DNA of 64,000 nt from an uncultured Gammaproteobacteria bacterium. Its GTDB lineage: Bacteria; Patescibacteriota; Microgenomatia; UBA8517. The notes beneath the pieces are model-generated. The model was not told where the DNA came from. It searched no databases and worked only from the letters and a program-made list of their open reading frames with translations. Location of the stretch: contig CAZWNZ010000003.1 in the NCBI GenBank assembly GCA_964635715.1, forward strand, positions 37,153 through 101,152, read 5' to 3'. Both the position numbers and the translations under genes were made by a program. This document shows positions 56,568-64,000 of this stretch, piece after piece (within the stretch, counting starts at the first letter, position 1; every line of letters starts with the position of its first letter).

Positions 56568-56932
56568 ACTGCAACCCCGGAATTTTGATAAATAACGCCT
56601 GAAAGGACATTTATTTCGATCGTATTAGAAACCTGATTATTAATTTCTTGACCCGTCATTTCCCGGTCGATTTCGGACTTTATCATCTCTGAGTAATTTC
56701 TTACCTCTCGATATAAATATGAACTGGAATCGCCGTTATAAATTGGACAGGTGACAATAGCGGATTGGTTTATTTCGTCGGGCTGTTTTGAGGCCGTATG
56801 ATTATTTCCGTATATTCTGCAATCTGGGCAAACTTCCCGTGGGGGGAAATGTTTTTCTAAACAATGGGGACATTCAGTTCCGGTTAATGAGTATCTTTGT
56901 CTGTTTAGTCTCCAATGCCTTGGATTTTCCAT
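56564..56932 (-). CDS. DUF35-like Zn-ribbon/OB-fold protein
   Basis: CPHCLEKHFPPREVCPDC rubredoxin-like Cx2C...PPR..CPxC motif, then an OB-fold-like segment. Confidence 0.35.
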   Translation of the reverse strand: MENPRHWRLNRQRYSLTGTECPHCLEKHFPPREVCPDCRIYGNNHTASKQPDEINQSAIVTCPIYNGDSSSYLYREVRNYSEMIKSEIDREMTGQEINNQVSNTIEINVLSGVIYQNSGVAV

Positions 56933-57014
56933 CGTACATAGTTAGTCTTAAATTTTTGTTTTACCCCACGCACCGATCATTGAATATCTGTTCACTTAAT
57001 ATCTTGTTGTCTTG

Positions 57015-58154
57015 TCAGAGGAGTGGGCCCCAATTTGCTATCGGCATTATGTTTTGAGATATAAAGGCAAGTGAGTATAAGTAAACCGGTAAAATAATAA
57101 TTACTGCCGCGATTTTGAATTCTTTTCTGGTCAGTACATCGGAAAAAGCAACAAAAAGAAATGGAACTCCCGGAAGAAAATATCTCAAAAGATCTCTGTG
57201 GGATACAAAAAGTATCACGAAATAAAAAAGTGCTGTAAACGAGGCCAGTTCATATTCTTTTTTCTGAAAAAGTCTGAATACTCCGAGTGCCCCCAGTGCG
57301 TAAATAAAAATAATTTCTTCAAGCCAGTGAGTACCCACCCAGGGAGCAGCATAGTTAAAAATTTGGAACGGAATAAAACTGAGATGAATATTGTCTCCTG
57401 AATGAAAATAGGCAAAGAAATCGCCCAAAACAAACTTGTAAAATATAAAAACAAATAGTAATCCCAAAGGAATCAAAATTAATGGATAAGTTTTTTTAAT
57501 ATTGAAATTGATTTTTTTGTTCATGATTGAATTAATAATGTAGTAAATTCCATACGCTCCAAAAAGAAGAATCCCCGGTGATTTTGTCATTGCAGCGACC
57601 ATTCCCCAGATTCCGCTCAGCCAATATTTTTTGTTTTTGAAGAAATAGACAGAGGCTAAAATGCCTGCTACAAAAAGAGGATCTGCCGAACCTACTGAGC
57701 GGACCACCAACCATCTTGCAGGCAAAAATGAGAATAAAAATGTTAAAAATATCGCATTTTTCTGATCGACAAACTGAGAAATCAGTTTATTGAAAAATAA
57801 TATTGCCAGGAATGAAGAAATAAGAGTAGCTATTAACATGGCATAGGGGTAATTTATTACGGTTCCAAAAAGTTTGATCAAAAGAGGGAAAAGGGGAAAA
57901 TGTGCTGCATAGTATTCTGTGGGTAAAGTAAATTGAAAATTGGCTGCTATTTGGGCTTTGCTGTATAAAGTTTTAGCAACAACGAGATAAAGAGGGCCGT
58001 CGTAATTGGAAACAATCACTTCCATACCGTCTTGTGGTAACGGAATTCCCCAAAAAGATTCCAATTTGGCAAAGAATGGAATCCAAACTAAAATTACAGG
58101 AATCAGAGTGAAAAACAAAATTAACAAAAATTTACTGATTTTTCTTCCCATCAC
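57015..58154 (-). CDS. polytopic GT-C-like membrane glycosyltransferase, hypothetical
   Basis: About 11 hydrophobic helices. It is flanked by GT2 genes. Confidence 0.4.
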   Translation of the reverse strand: MMGRKISKFLLILFFTLIPVILVWIPFFAKLESFWGIPLPQDGMEVIVSNYDGPLYLVVAKTLYSKAQIAANFQFTLPTEYYAAHFPLFPLLIKLFGTVINYPYAMLIATLISSFLAILFFNKLISQFVDQKNAIFLTFLFSFLPARWLVVRSVGSADPLFVAGILASVYFFKNKKYWLSGIWGMVAAMTKSPGILLFGAYGIYYIINSIMNKKINFNIKKTYPLILIPLGLLFVFIFYKFVLGDFFAYFHSGDNIHLSFIPFQIFNYAAPWVGTHWLEEIIFIYALGALGVFRLFQKKEYELASFTALFYFVILFVSHRDLLRYFLPGVPFLFVAFSDVLTRKEFKIAAVIIILPVYLYSLAFISQNIMPIANWGPLL

Positions 58155-58198
58155 TATGATATTAGCATGCCGGGAGCCTAATATGCTAGACTTCGTAT

Positions 58199-58909
58199 GT
58201 GGATACTAAAATTTCTGAATTATCCGTATTTCTGCCCGCATTTAATGAGGAAGGGAATATCGAAAGTACGGTAAAAAAGACAATCGCGGCCTTGAGCCAA
58301 AATATCAAAAAATGGGAACTGATTGTGGTTGATGATGGATCAGCTGATTCCACAGGAGAAATAGTTAACAGGATAGCCGGATTGAATGGTGACGTAAGAG
58401 TTATTAGGCATGAAAAAAATCTTGGTTACGGCGCTTCTTTAAAAACGGGCTTTTATAATTCCCGATATCCTTGGATTGCATTTACCGATTCTGATGGACA
58501 ATTTGATTTTACTGAAATTGACAAGTTTATTGAAAAACAACGAGAAACAGGGGCAGACATGGTAATAGGTTACTACAAGAAAAGAAGAGCTTCTTTAACA
58601 AAAATTATGACAAGTAAACTTTGGGAAATGGTGGTCTTCTTACTCTTCGGACTTAAAGTTAAAGATATAGATTGCGGTTTTAAACTAGTTTCAAAAAAGG
58701 TAATCGACAAAATACCAAAACTTGAAAGTGAAAGAGGTGCCTTTATCAGCAGCGAGCTTTTAATAAAAGCCAGGAAACAGGGTTTTAAGATTGTTGAAAT
58801 TCCCGTCACCCATTATCCAAGAACAAAAGGTGGTGGAACAGGAAGGAATCTTAACGTCATTTTAAGAAGCTTTGTAGACTTATTTAGACTTTGGAAAAAA
58901 CTTTTATAA
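58199..58909 (+). CDS. GT2 polyprenyl-phosphate sugar synthase-like glycosyltransferase
   Basis: LSVFLPAFNEEGNI ... VVDDGSADST ... FTDSDGQ DXD-type motifs. Confidence 0.8.
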   Translation: MDTKISELSVFLPAFNEEGNIESTVKKTIAALSQNIKKWELIVVDDGSADSTGEIVNRIAGLNGDVRVIRHEKNLGYGASLKTGFYNSRYPWIAFTDSDGQFDFTEIDKFIEKQRETGADMVIGYYKKRRASLTKIMTSKLWEMVVFLLFGLKVKDIDCGFKLVSKKVIDKIPKLESERGAFISSELLIKARKQGFKIVEIPVTHYPRTKGGGTGRNLNVILRSFVDLFRLWKKLL

Positions 58910-58920
58910 ATATTAAAATT

Positions 58921-60459
58921 ATGAGAATTAAAAATTGGATTAAAAAAAATCCTGTTGAATTTTGGATATTGTTCGCAATTCTTATAATCGGCGCCTTTTG
59001 CCGTTTTTACAGAATTGATGAATATATGGTTTTTTTAGGAGATGAGGGAAGGGATGCCATTATAGCTAGAAGAATTTTTACCGAGTTGCACCCGCCGCTT
59101 ATTGGCCCCGGAACTTCTGTGGGAAGTATGTATTTGGGTCCTTTGTACTACTACATGATGGCAATTCCTCTTTTAATTGCAGGATTCTCACCAATTGGGC
59201 CGGCAGTTATGGTTGGCACCCTTGGTGTTACCACAATAGCTTTTATTTGGTGGATAGGAAAAACTTGGTTTAATAAATCAGCCGGCCTAATTGCGGCTGC
59301 GATTTACTCAATTGCTCCGGCGGCGATTGTTTACTCGCGTTCATCCTGGAACCCGAATATAATGCCGTTTTTTGCACTTCTTTGCATATATTCTATTTGG
59401 AAAGTTTGGCGCAAAAATGAATTTAACTGGCTGATCGTTTTGGGCATTTCTTATGCTTTTGTTCTGCAATCACACTACCTGGGTCTTCTTTTGACCCCAA
59501 CGTTGCTTTTATTTTGGATTCTGTCATTGAGAAATTTGAAATTGATTAAAAATTCAAAATTGAAAATTAGGAATTTTTGGAAAAAGACAATACTTGGTGT
59601 TGGATTTTTTCTGATCCTCATGAGTCCTCTTTTAATTTTTGATATCAGACATGATTGGATGAACACGAGATCAATTTATAAGTTTATTGTCGAACGTCAA
59701 ACAAATTTTTCTATGAATTTTAATTTTACAGTCTCGCGACTGCCCGAAATATTTAATTTAATTAACAAAAGTTTAATTGTGGGCAAAAATTCTTTAGCAG
59801 CAGTCTGTTCCTCAATCGTTATGGCCATCGGAATTATTTATGCATTAATAAAAAGCCGTGTTGGAAAGAAAAAGGTTGGAATAAAATCAGAATATTGGAT
59901 ACTTTTTTCCTGGCTAATGTTTGGCCTTGTCGGTTTTGGAATATATAAACAAAATATTTATGATCATTATTTTGGATTCTTGTTTCCGGTTCCATTCTTT
60001 TTTATAGGTGTTATTATTTCAAAGTTGATATCCGGTAGAATTCCGGCAAAAATATTAGGAGCCGTTTTACTGGTCTATCTAATTTTAATTAATTTAGTAT
60101 CAAGTCCTCTCTTAAAAGAACCAAACAAACTGTTGCAGAGAAGCATTCATGTTTCAAAAATTATTGAAGAAAATTCGGAGGGACAAAAGTTTAATATAGC
60201 CGTAATTGCCGATACAAACTATGAAGCCGGATATAAATATTTCTTACTGAAAGACGGTTATCCTGTTGTTGATATAGATTCTCAAGTAAAAGAATCGGTA
60301 ACCAAGCAGCTTTTTGTTGTCTGCGAACTGTTACCGAACAGTAAATGTGATCCGACACATTCGCCTAAGGCAGAGGTTGCAAATTTTGGATGGAGTAAAA
60401 TAGATAAAAGTTGGGAAGTTGATGGTACGATAGTGTATAAATTAGTGCACACACAATGA
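58921..60459 (+). CDS. GT-C (ArnT/PMT family 39-like) membrane glycosyltransferase
   Basis: N-terminal FLGDEGRDAIIARRIF loop motif after TM1 and ~12 TM helices. The start is trimmed to the ATG after the upstream stop. Confidence 0.6.
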   Translation: MRIKNWIKKNPVEFWILFAILIIGAFCRFYRIDEYMVFLGDEGRDAIIARRIFTELHPPLIGPGTSVGSMYLGPLYYYMMAIPLLIAGFSPIGPAVMVGTLGVTTIAFIWWIGKTWFNKSAGLIAAAIYSIAPAAIVYSRSSWNPNIMPFFALLCIYSIWKVWRKNEFNWLIVLGISYAFVLQSHYLGLLLTPTLLLFWILSLRNLKLIKNSKLKIRNFWKKTILGVGFFLILMSPLLIFDIRHDWMNTRSIYKFIVERQTNFSMNFNFTVSRLPEIFNLINKSLIVGKNSLAAVCSSIVMAIGIIYALIKSRVGKKKVGIKSEYWILFSWLMFGLVGFGIYKQNIYDHYFGFLFPVPFFFIGVIISKLISGRIPAKILGAVLLVYLILINLVSSPLLKEPNKLLQRSIHVSKIIEENSEGQKFNIAVIADTNYEAGYKYFLLKDGYPVVDIDSQVKESVTKQLFVVCELLPNSKCDPTHSPKAEVANFGWSKIDKSWEVDGTIVYKLVHTQ

Positions 60460-61439
60460 ACTATAAAGAATCGGTAAAAATACTTTCAGAAATAAAAAAG
60501 GCAGACAAAATTTTAGTAAACTGCCACAGGGGACCGGATTCTGATTCGGTTGGTTCTGCCTTGGCTTTATCACAGATATTACAGGAGATGGGGAAAGAAG
60601 TCATGGTAATTTGTCCCAGCGATATTCCTTCGGATCTGATGTTTCTCAAAGGTGCAGAAAAAATTGTCAGGGTTAATTTTACTTCATTTGATTTTACTGA
60701 TTATGGCCTTTTTGTAATTCTTGACTCGTCAACTTACTCGATGGTTACAGGGATGAAAGATTCTGAAAGACCAACTATAAATTCAGTTGTTATAGATCAT
60801 CATTTTTCCAATGACAAATTCGGAAAAATTAATTTGGTTGATTCGAAAATGACATCTACAGGCGAATTGCTTTACAGATTATTTAAAGATTGGAAAGTGA
60901 CTGTTTCAAAAGAGATAGCGGAGTGTTTACTTACAGGAATAATTGGTGACACAGGAACTTTTCAATATCAGAATGTAGGTTCGGAAACTTTAGAGGTCGC
61001 GGCGGATTTGATGAAAAAAGGTGCCGACAAAGATAGAATTGTTTACAATATTTACAGAAGCATTGAATTTAAGGAAGTAAAAATGTGGGGTAAGTTTGTG
61101 GAAAGTATGATGATTGATGAAGGTTTCATTTGGTCTGCAATTCCCCTCTCAACTTATAAGGATTTTGGCGAATATATTTATGCAAAGGAAGACGTTGCAA
61201 ATTTATTTTTCCCGATCATCAAAGGAACAGAATTTGGAATTGTGATGGTGGAGACTTCCGACGGAGTTCTCTCGGTTAGTTTCAGATCCAGAACAGGGTT
61301 TGATGTTGCCAAGATTGCTGAAGAAATCGGTGGGGGAGGACATAAACTGGCGGCAGGGGCACGGATTGAAGGAATTCCTTTTAACGATGCTGTTAATTTA
61401 GTTTTAAAAGCTGCCAGAAAGCATGTTAAAAAAGATTAA
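60456..61439 (+). CDS. nrnA: DHH/DHHA1 phosphoesterase (NrnA-like oligoribonuclease/pAp phosphatase)
   Basis: ILVNCHRGPDSDSVGSALAL, VVIDHHFS (DHH) and GGGGHKLAAGA (DHHA1). Confidence 0.8.
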   Translation: MNYKESVKILSEIKKADKILVNCHRGPDSDSVGSALALSQILQEMGKEVMVICPSDIPSDLMFLKGAEKIVRVNFTSFDFTDYGLFVILDSSTYSMVTGMKDSERPTINSVVIDHHFSNDKFGKINLVDSKMTSTGELLYRLFKDWKVTVSKEIAECLLTGIIGDTGTFQYQNVGSETLEVAADLMKKGADKDRIVYNIYRSIEFKEVKMWGKFVESMMIDEGFIWSAIPLSTYKDFGEYIYAKEDVANLFFPIIKGTEFGIVMVETSDGVLSVSFRSRTGFDVAKIAEEIGGGGHKLAAGARIEGIPFNDAVNLVLKAARKHVKKD

Positions 61440-62913
61440 AAAGACTTCAATATATAAATTCTTACTGATTTTGATTTTAGGTCTGGCGTCCTTTTTGAGA
61501 TTTTATCGCCTTTCAGATCTTCTAGGTTTTTGGTATGACCAGGGAAGAGATGCCTTGGTAATTTGGGATATGGTCTATAACGGAAAGTTTACCCTTATTG
61601 GGCCAATGATGGGATTTACCGGAATATTTAGAGGGGCTTGGTATTACTACTTAATAGCTCCGCTTTATGCGTTAGGTCATGGTAACCCGATATTTGCTTC
61701 ATTTTTTTTGATAGCCACAACTATTGTTGCGTTGTATCTTTTGTATAAATTGGGTAAGGAGATTGGTGGTGAAAAAACCGGACTTACGGCTATCTTAATA
61801 GCTTCGGTTTCGATGTATATAATAGGCGCTTCACGCTGGCTTTCCGACCCGACACCTACACTTTTGATCAGTGTACTTTTGGTTTGGATGTTGTTTAAAT
61901 ATTCAGAAGGTAAAAAATGGACACTTCCTCTTTCAGGTTTTCTGGCAGGAATGGCTATGCAATTTAGTGCTGCGGCCGAAGTTTTTTACATCCCCGCGAT
62001 AATTTTAGTTGTTGTTTTACTTCGGAAAAGCGTAAGAGCGAATTTTAAATACATATTGTTAACGGCAGGGGCATATATTTTACCTTTTGCTCCCCAGCTG
62101 CTTTTTGAAATACGCCATCCGGGAGTTCAAAGTAGCGCACTTTTTAACTTCATTTTTCATGAAAATACTTTTACTTATGCTTTTTGGGAAATAATAAAAA
62201 CAAGAATTCCTTTTGATTACAATATGTTTGCTTCTAAATTTTGGATAAACGGAGGAACTCTTTTTGTTCCATTTTTTGTGATTTTTATTTTGCTTTTAAT
62301 AATCCATTGGAAGAAACTTTGGAAAAACGACAAATTCAAAATTATTTTCATTATGGCAGTATCTCCGCTTATCGGAACTTTGTTTTTTGTCAGCAACCTT
62401 GGTGGGGTATATGAATATTATTTTACCGGTTACTATTTAGTTTGGATATTGTTGTTTTCTTATGTTTGTATGGATTCTTTTAAAAATACATTCATCAAGA
62501 TAACTGCTGCAATTTTTATTATCGTTTTGTTGGCAATGAATATACATGCTTATACTAAACAATACTCAGTACCTTTAGATGATACCGAAATTATTGCCTT
62601 CAGCAATCAAATTGAAGCAATTGACTGGATTTATAAAAGTACGGAAGGACGGGAATTTAATGTTGATGAATATGTTCCGCCGGTAATCCCTTATGCTTAC
62701 CAGTATTTGTTTCAATGGTTAGGCAATGAGAAGTATGGAAGGCTTCCTCAGGACAAGCAGGTTTCGCTATTGTATACTTTATACGAAGTCGACACCTCCC
62801 ATCCTGAGCGTTTACAGGCTTGGTTGGATAGACAGGAAGGAATAGGAACAGTTTTAAGTGAGGAAAGGTTTGGCGGAATTGTTGTCCAAGAAAGGGTAAG
62901 AATAAACAAATGA
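61423..62913 (+). CDS. GT-C (ArnT/PMT family 39-like) membrane glycosyltransferase, paralog of 58921..60459
   Basis: FWYDQGRDALVIWDMV loop motif and the same polytopic layout. Confidence 0.6.
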   Translation: MLKKIKKTSIYKFLLILILGLASFLRFYRLSDLLGFWYDQGRDALVIWDMVYNGKFTLIGPMMGFTGIFRGAWYYYLIAPLYALGHGNPIFASFFLIATTIVALYLLYKLGKEIGGEKTGLTAILIASVSMYIIGASRWLSDPTPTLLISVLLVWMLFKYSEGKKWTLPLSGFLAGMAMQFSAAAEVFYIPAIILVVVLLRKSVRANFKYILLTAGAYILPFAPQLLFEIRHPGVQSSALFNFIFHENTFTYAFWEIIKTRIPFDYNMFASKFWINGGTLFVPFFVIFILLLIIHWKKLWKNDKFKIIFIMAVSPLIGTLFFVSNLGGVYEYYFTGYYLVWILLFSYVCMDSFKNTFIKITAAIFIIVLLAMNIHAYTKQYSVPLDDTEIIAFSNQIEAIDWIYKSTEGREFNVDEYVPPVIPYAYQYLFQWLGNEKYGRLPQDKQVSLLYTLYEVDTSHPERLQAWLDRQEGIGTVLSEERFGGIVVQERVRINK

Positions 62914-63659
62914 AACCATATTTAAGTGTCGTAATACCTGCATACAACGAGGAGATCAATCTTAAAAGAGGAGTTTTGAATAGTGTTTATGAGTATCTCA
63001 AAACTAAAGATTTTAGCTGGGAAGTGTTTATATTAGACGATGGAAGCAGTGATAAAACGGTTCAGCTGGTTAATGAGTTTGCCAAAAAACACAAAAATTT
63101 CTTTCTAAAAAAGGAACCTCATAGGGGAAAAGGTGGAACCTTGATTGCGGGAACTGACTATGCTACAGGAGAATATATTCTTTTCGCCGATATGGATCAA
63201 TCTACTCCAATGGATCAGTTTGATAAGTTTGTTCCAAAACTCAATACCGGGTTTGATATTGCGATAGGAAGCAGGAGTGGAAGACCGGGTCAGCCACTAA
63301 TAAGGAAAGTTATGGCATATGGGTTTGTTATATTAAGGACTTTAATTTTAAGACTTCCTTTCAAGGACACTCAATGCGGATTTAAGGTCTATAAAAGCTC
63401 AGCAGCAAAAGAAATTTTTAAAAGGACTCAAATATACAAAAAGGGGAATGTTTCAAAAATGGGTTCGGTTACAGCAGGATTTGATATAGAAGTCCTTTAT
63501 ATTGCAAGAAAATTAAAACTCAAAATTGCCGAAATTCCTGTTGAATGGTATGAATATGGTCAAAGAAAAGAGGTTAATCCAATCACAGATTCGATAGAAG
63601 GTTTAAGGGGAATAATGATGGTTCGCCTCAACGCCATCAAGGGTAAATACAAAGTTTGA
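62910..63659 (+). CDS. GT2 polyprenyl-phosphate sugar synthase-like glycosyltransferase
   Basis: LSVVIPAYNEEINL ... ILDDGSSDKT ... FADMDQS motifs. Confidence 0.8.
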   Translation: MKPYLSVVIPAYNEEINLKRGVLNSVYEYLKTKDFSWEVFILDDGSSDKTVQLVNEFAKKHKNFFLKKEPHRGKGGTLIAGTDYATGEYILFADMDQSTPMDQFDKFVPKLNTGFDIAIGSRSGRPGQPLIRKVMAYGFVILRTLILRLPFKDTQCGFKVYKSSAAKEIFKRTQIYKKGNVSKMGSVTAGFDIEVLYIARKLKLKIAEIPVEWYEYGQRKEVNPITDSIEGLRGIMMVRLNAIKGKYKV

Positions 63660-63664
63660 CTTCC

Positions 63665-64000
63665 ATGGATAGAATTACTCTAAAAAATCTTAAAAAAGAG
63701 ATGGAAAGTTTGTCGGATCCCGCGCGGGCAAAGTTTTCCGAACGATATTTTAAAACCGGTAAAGGTGAATATGGAGAAGGGGATGTCTTTTTGGGAGGAA
63801 TCAGTACACCTAATGTTAATTCGTTTATTTTAAAATACGAAGAATTATCGATGGAGGACATAAAAAAACTTTTAGAGTCCAAATACCATGAGGAAAGATC
63901 TGTTGCCTTGGGAATTTTAAAAAAGCATTACGAAAAAGCTTTAAAGAAAAATGATGAAAAGGAAAAGCGTGACATTTATGAATTCTATTTGGGAAATACA
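63665..64000 (+). CDS. DNA alkylation repair enzyme-like (AlkD/HEAT-repeat family), 5' partial, runs off the window
   Basis: N-terminal RITLKNLKKEMESLSDPARAKFSERYFKTGKGEYGEGDVFLGG pattern of the DNA_alkylation family. Confidence 0.55.
   Translation, partial: MDRITLKNLKKEMESLSDPARAKFSERYFKTGKGEYGEGDVFLGGISTPNVNSFILKYEELSMEDIKKLLESKYHEERSVALGILKKHYEKALKKNDEKEKRDIYEFYLGNT

Noticed and set aside
1-64000. CRISPR arrays, rRNA genes, transposases/integrases, prophage genes
   Set aside because: No direct-repeat/spacer periodicity, no rRNA-like conserved stretches and no DDE/tyrosine-recombinase motifs were seen. The only mobility hints are the tRNA-adjacent remnant and the GIY-YIG gene.

Overview
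The window is low-GC (roughly 35-40%) and densely packed with short genes, with housekeeping genes scattered among envelope, glycosylation and nucleotide-hydrolase genes. That style fits a small-genome Patescibacteria/CPR-like bacterium, though this placement is inference from composition and gene content only. Housekeeping genes I can read directly from motifs are lon, greA, lysS, serS, secA, rarA, prfB, ftsE/ftsX, trmD, tgt, maf, an nrnA-like DHH phosphoesterase, galE, galU and rfbBCD, plus tRNA-Glu(CUC) and a tRNA-Gln(CUG)-like gene. The most unusual content is a two-gene module at 10300-13081. One gene encodes a cohesin-like domain protein; its neighbour encodes a GH5-like glycoside hydrolase ending in a dockerin-like Ca-binding repeat. 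Both carry paired SLH-like cell-wall-anchoring repeats, and the two genes share 100%-identical nucleotide segments. Other notable features: five NUDIX hydrolases plus a degenerate Nudix-like tail fused to RfbB, a Nudix/GreA-like/NDT-RHH cluster, an amino-sugar cluster with an embedded NDK-like gene, three paralogous GT2 + GT-C glycosyltransferase pairs, and FtsEX followed by a coiled-coil C39-like peptidase. A 12-nt palindromic core TGATTCAAATCA recurs three times, twice around a TrpR/YerC-like regulator gene, and a tRNA-Gln is followed by a tRNA-like remnant and preceded by a small GIY-YIG gene. No CRISPR array, rRNA or obvious transposase was seen. All calls come from reading motifs by eye; no searches were run.
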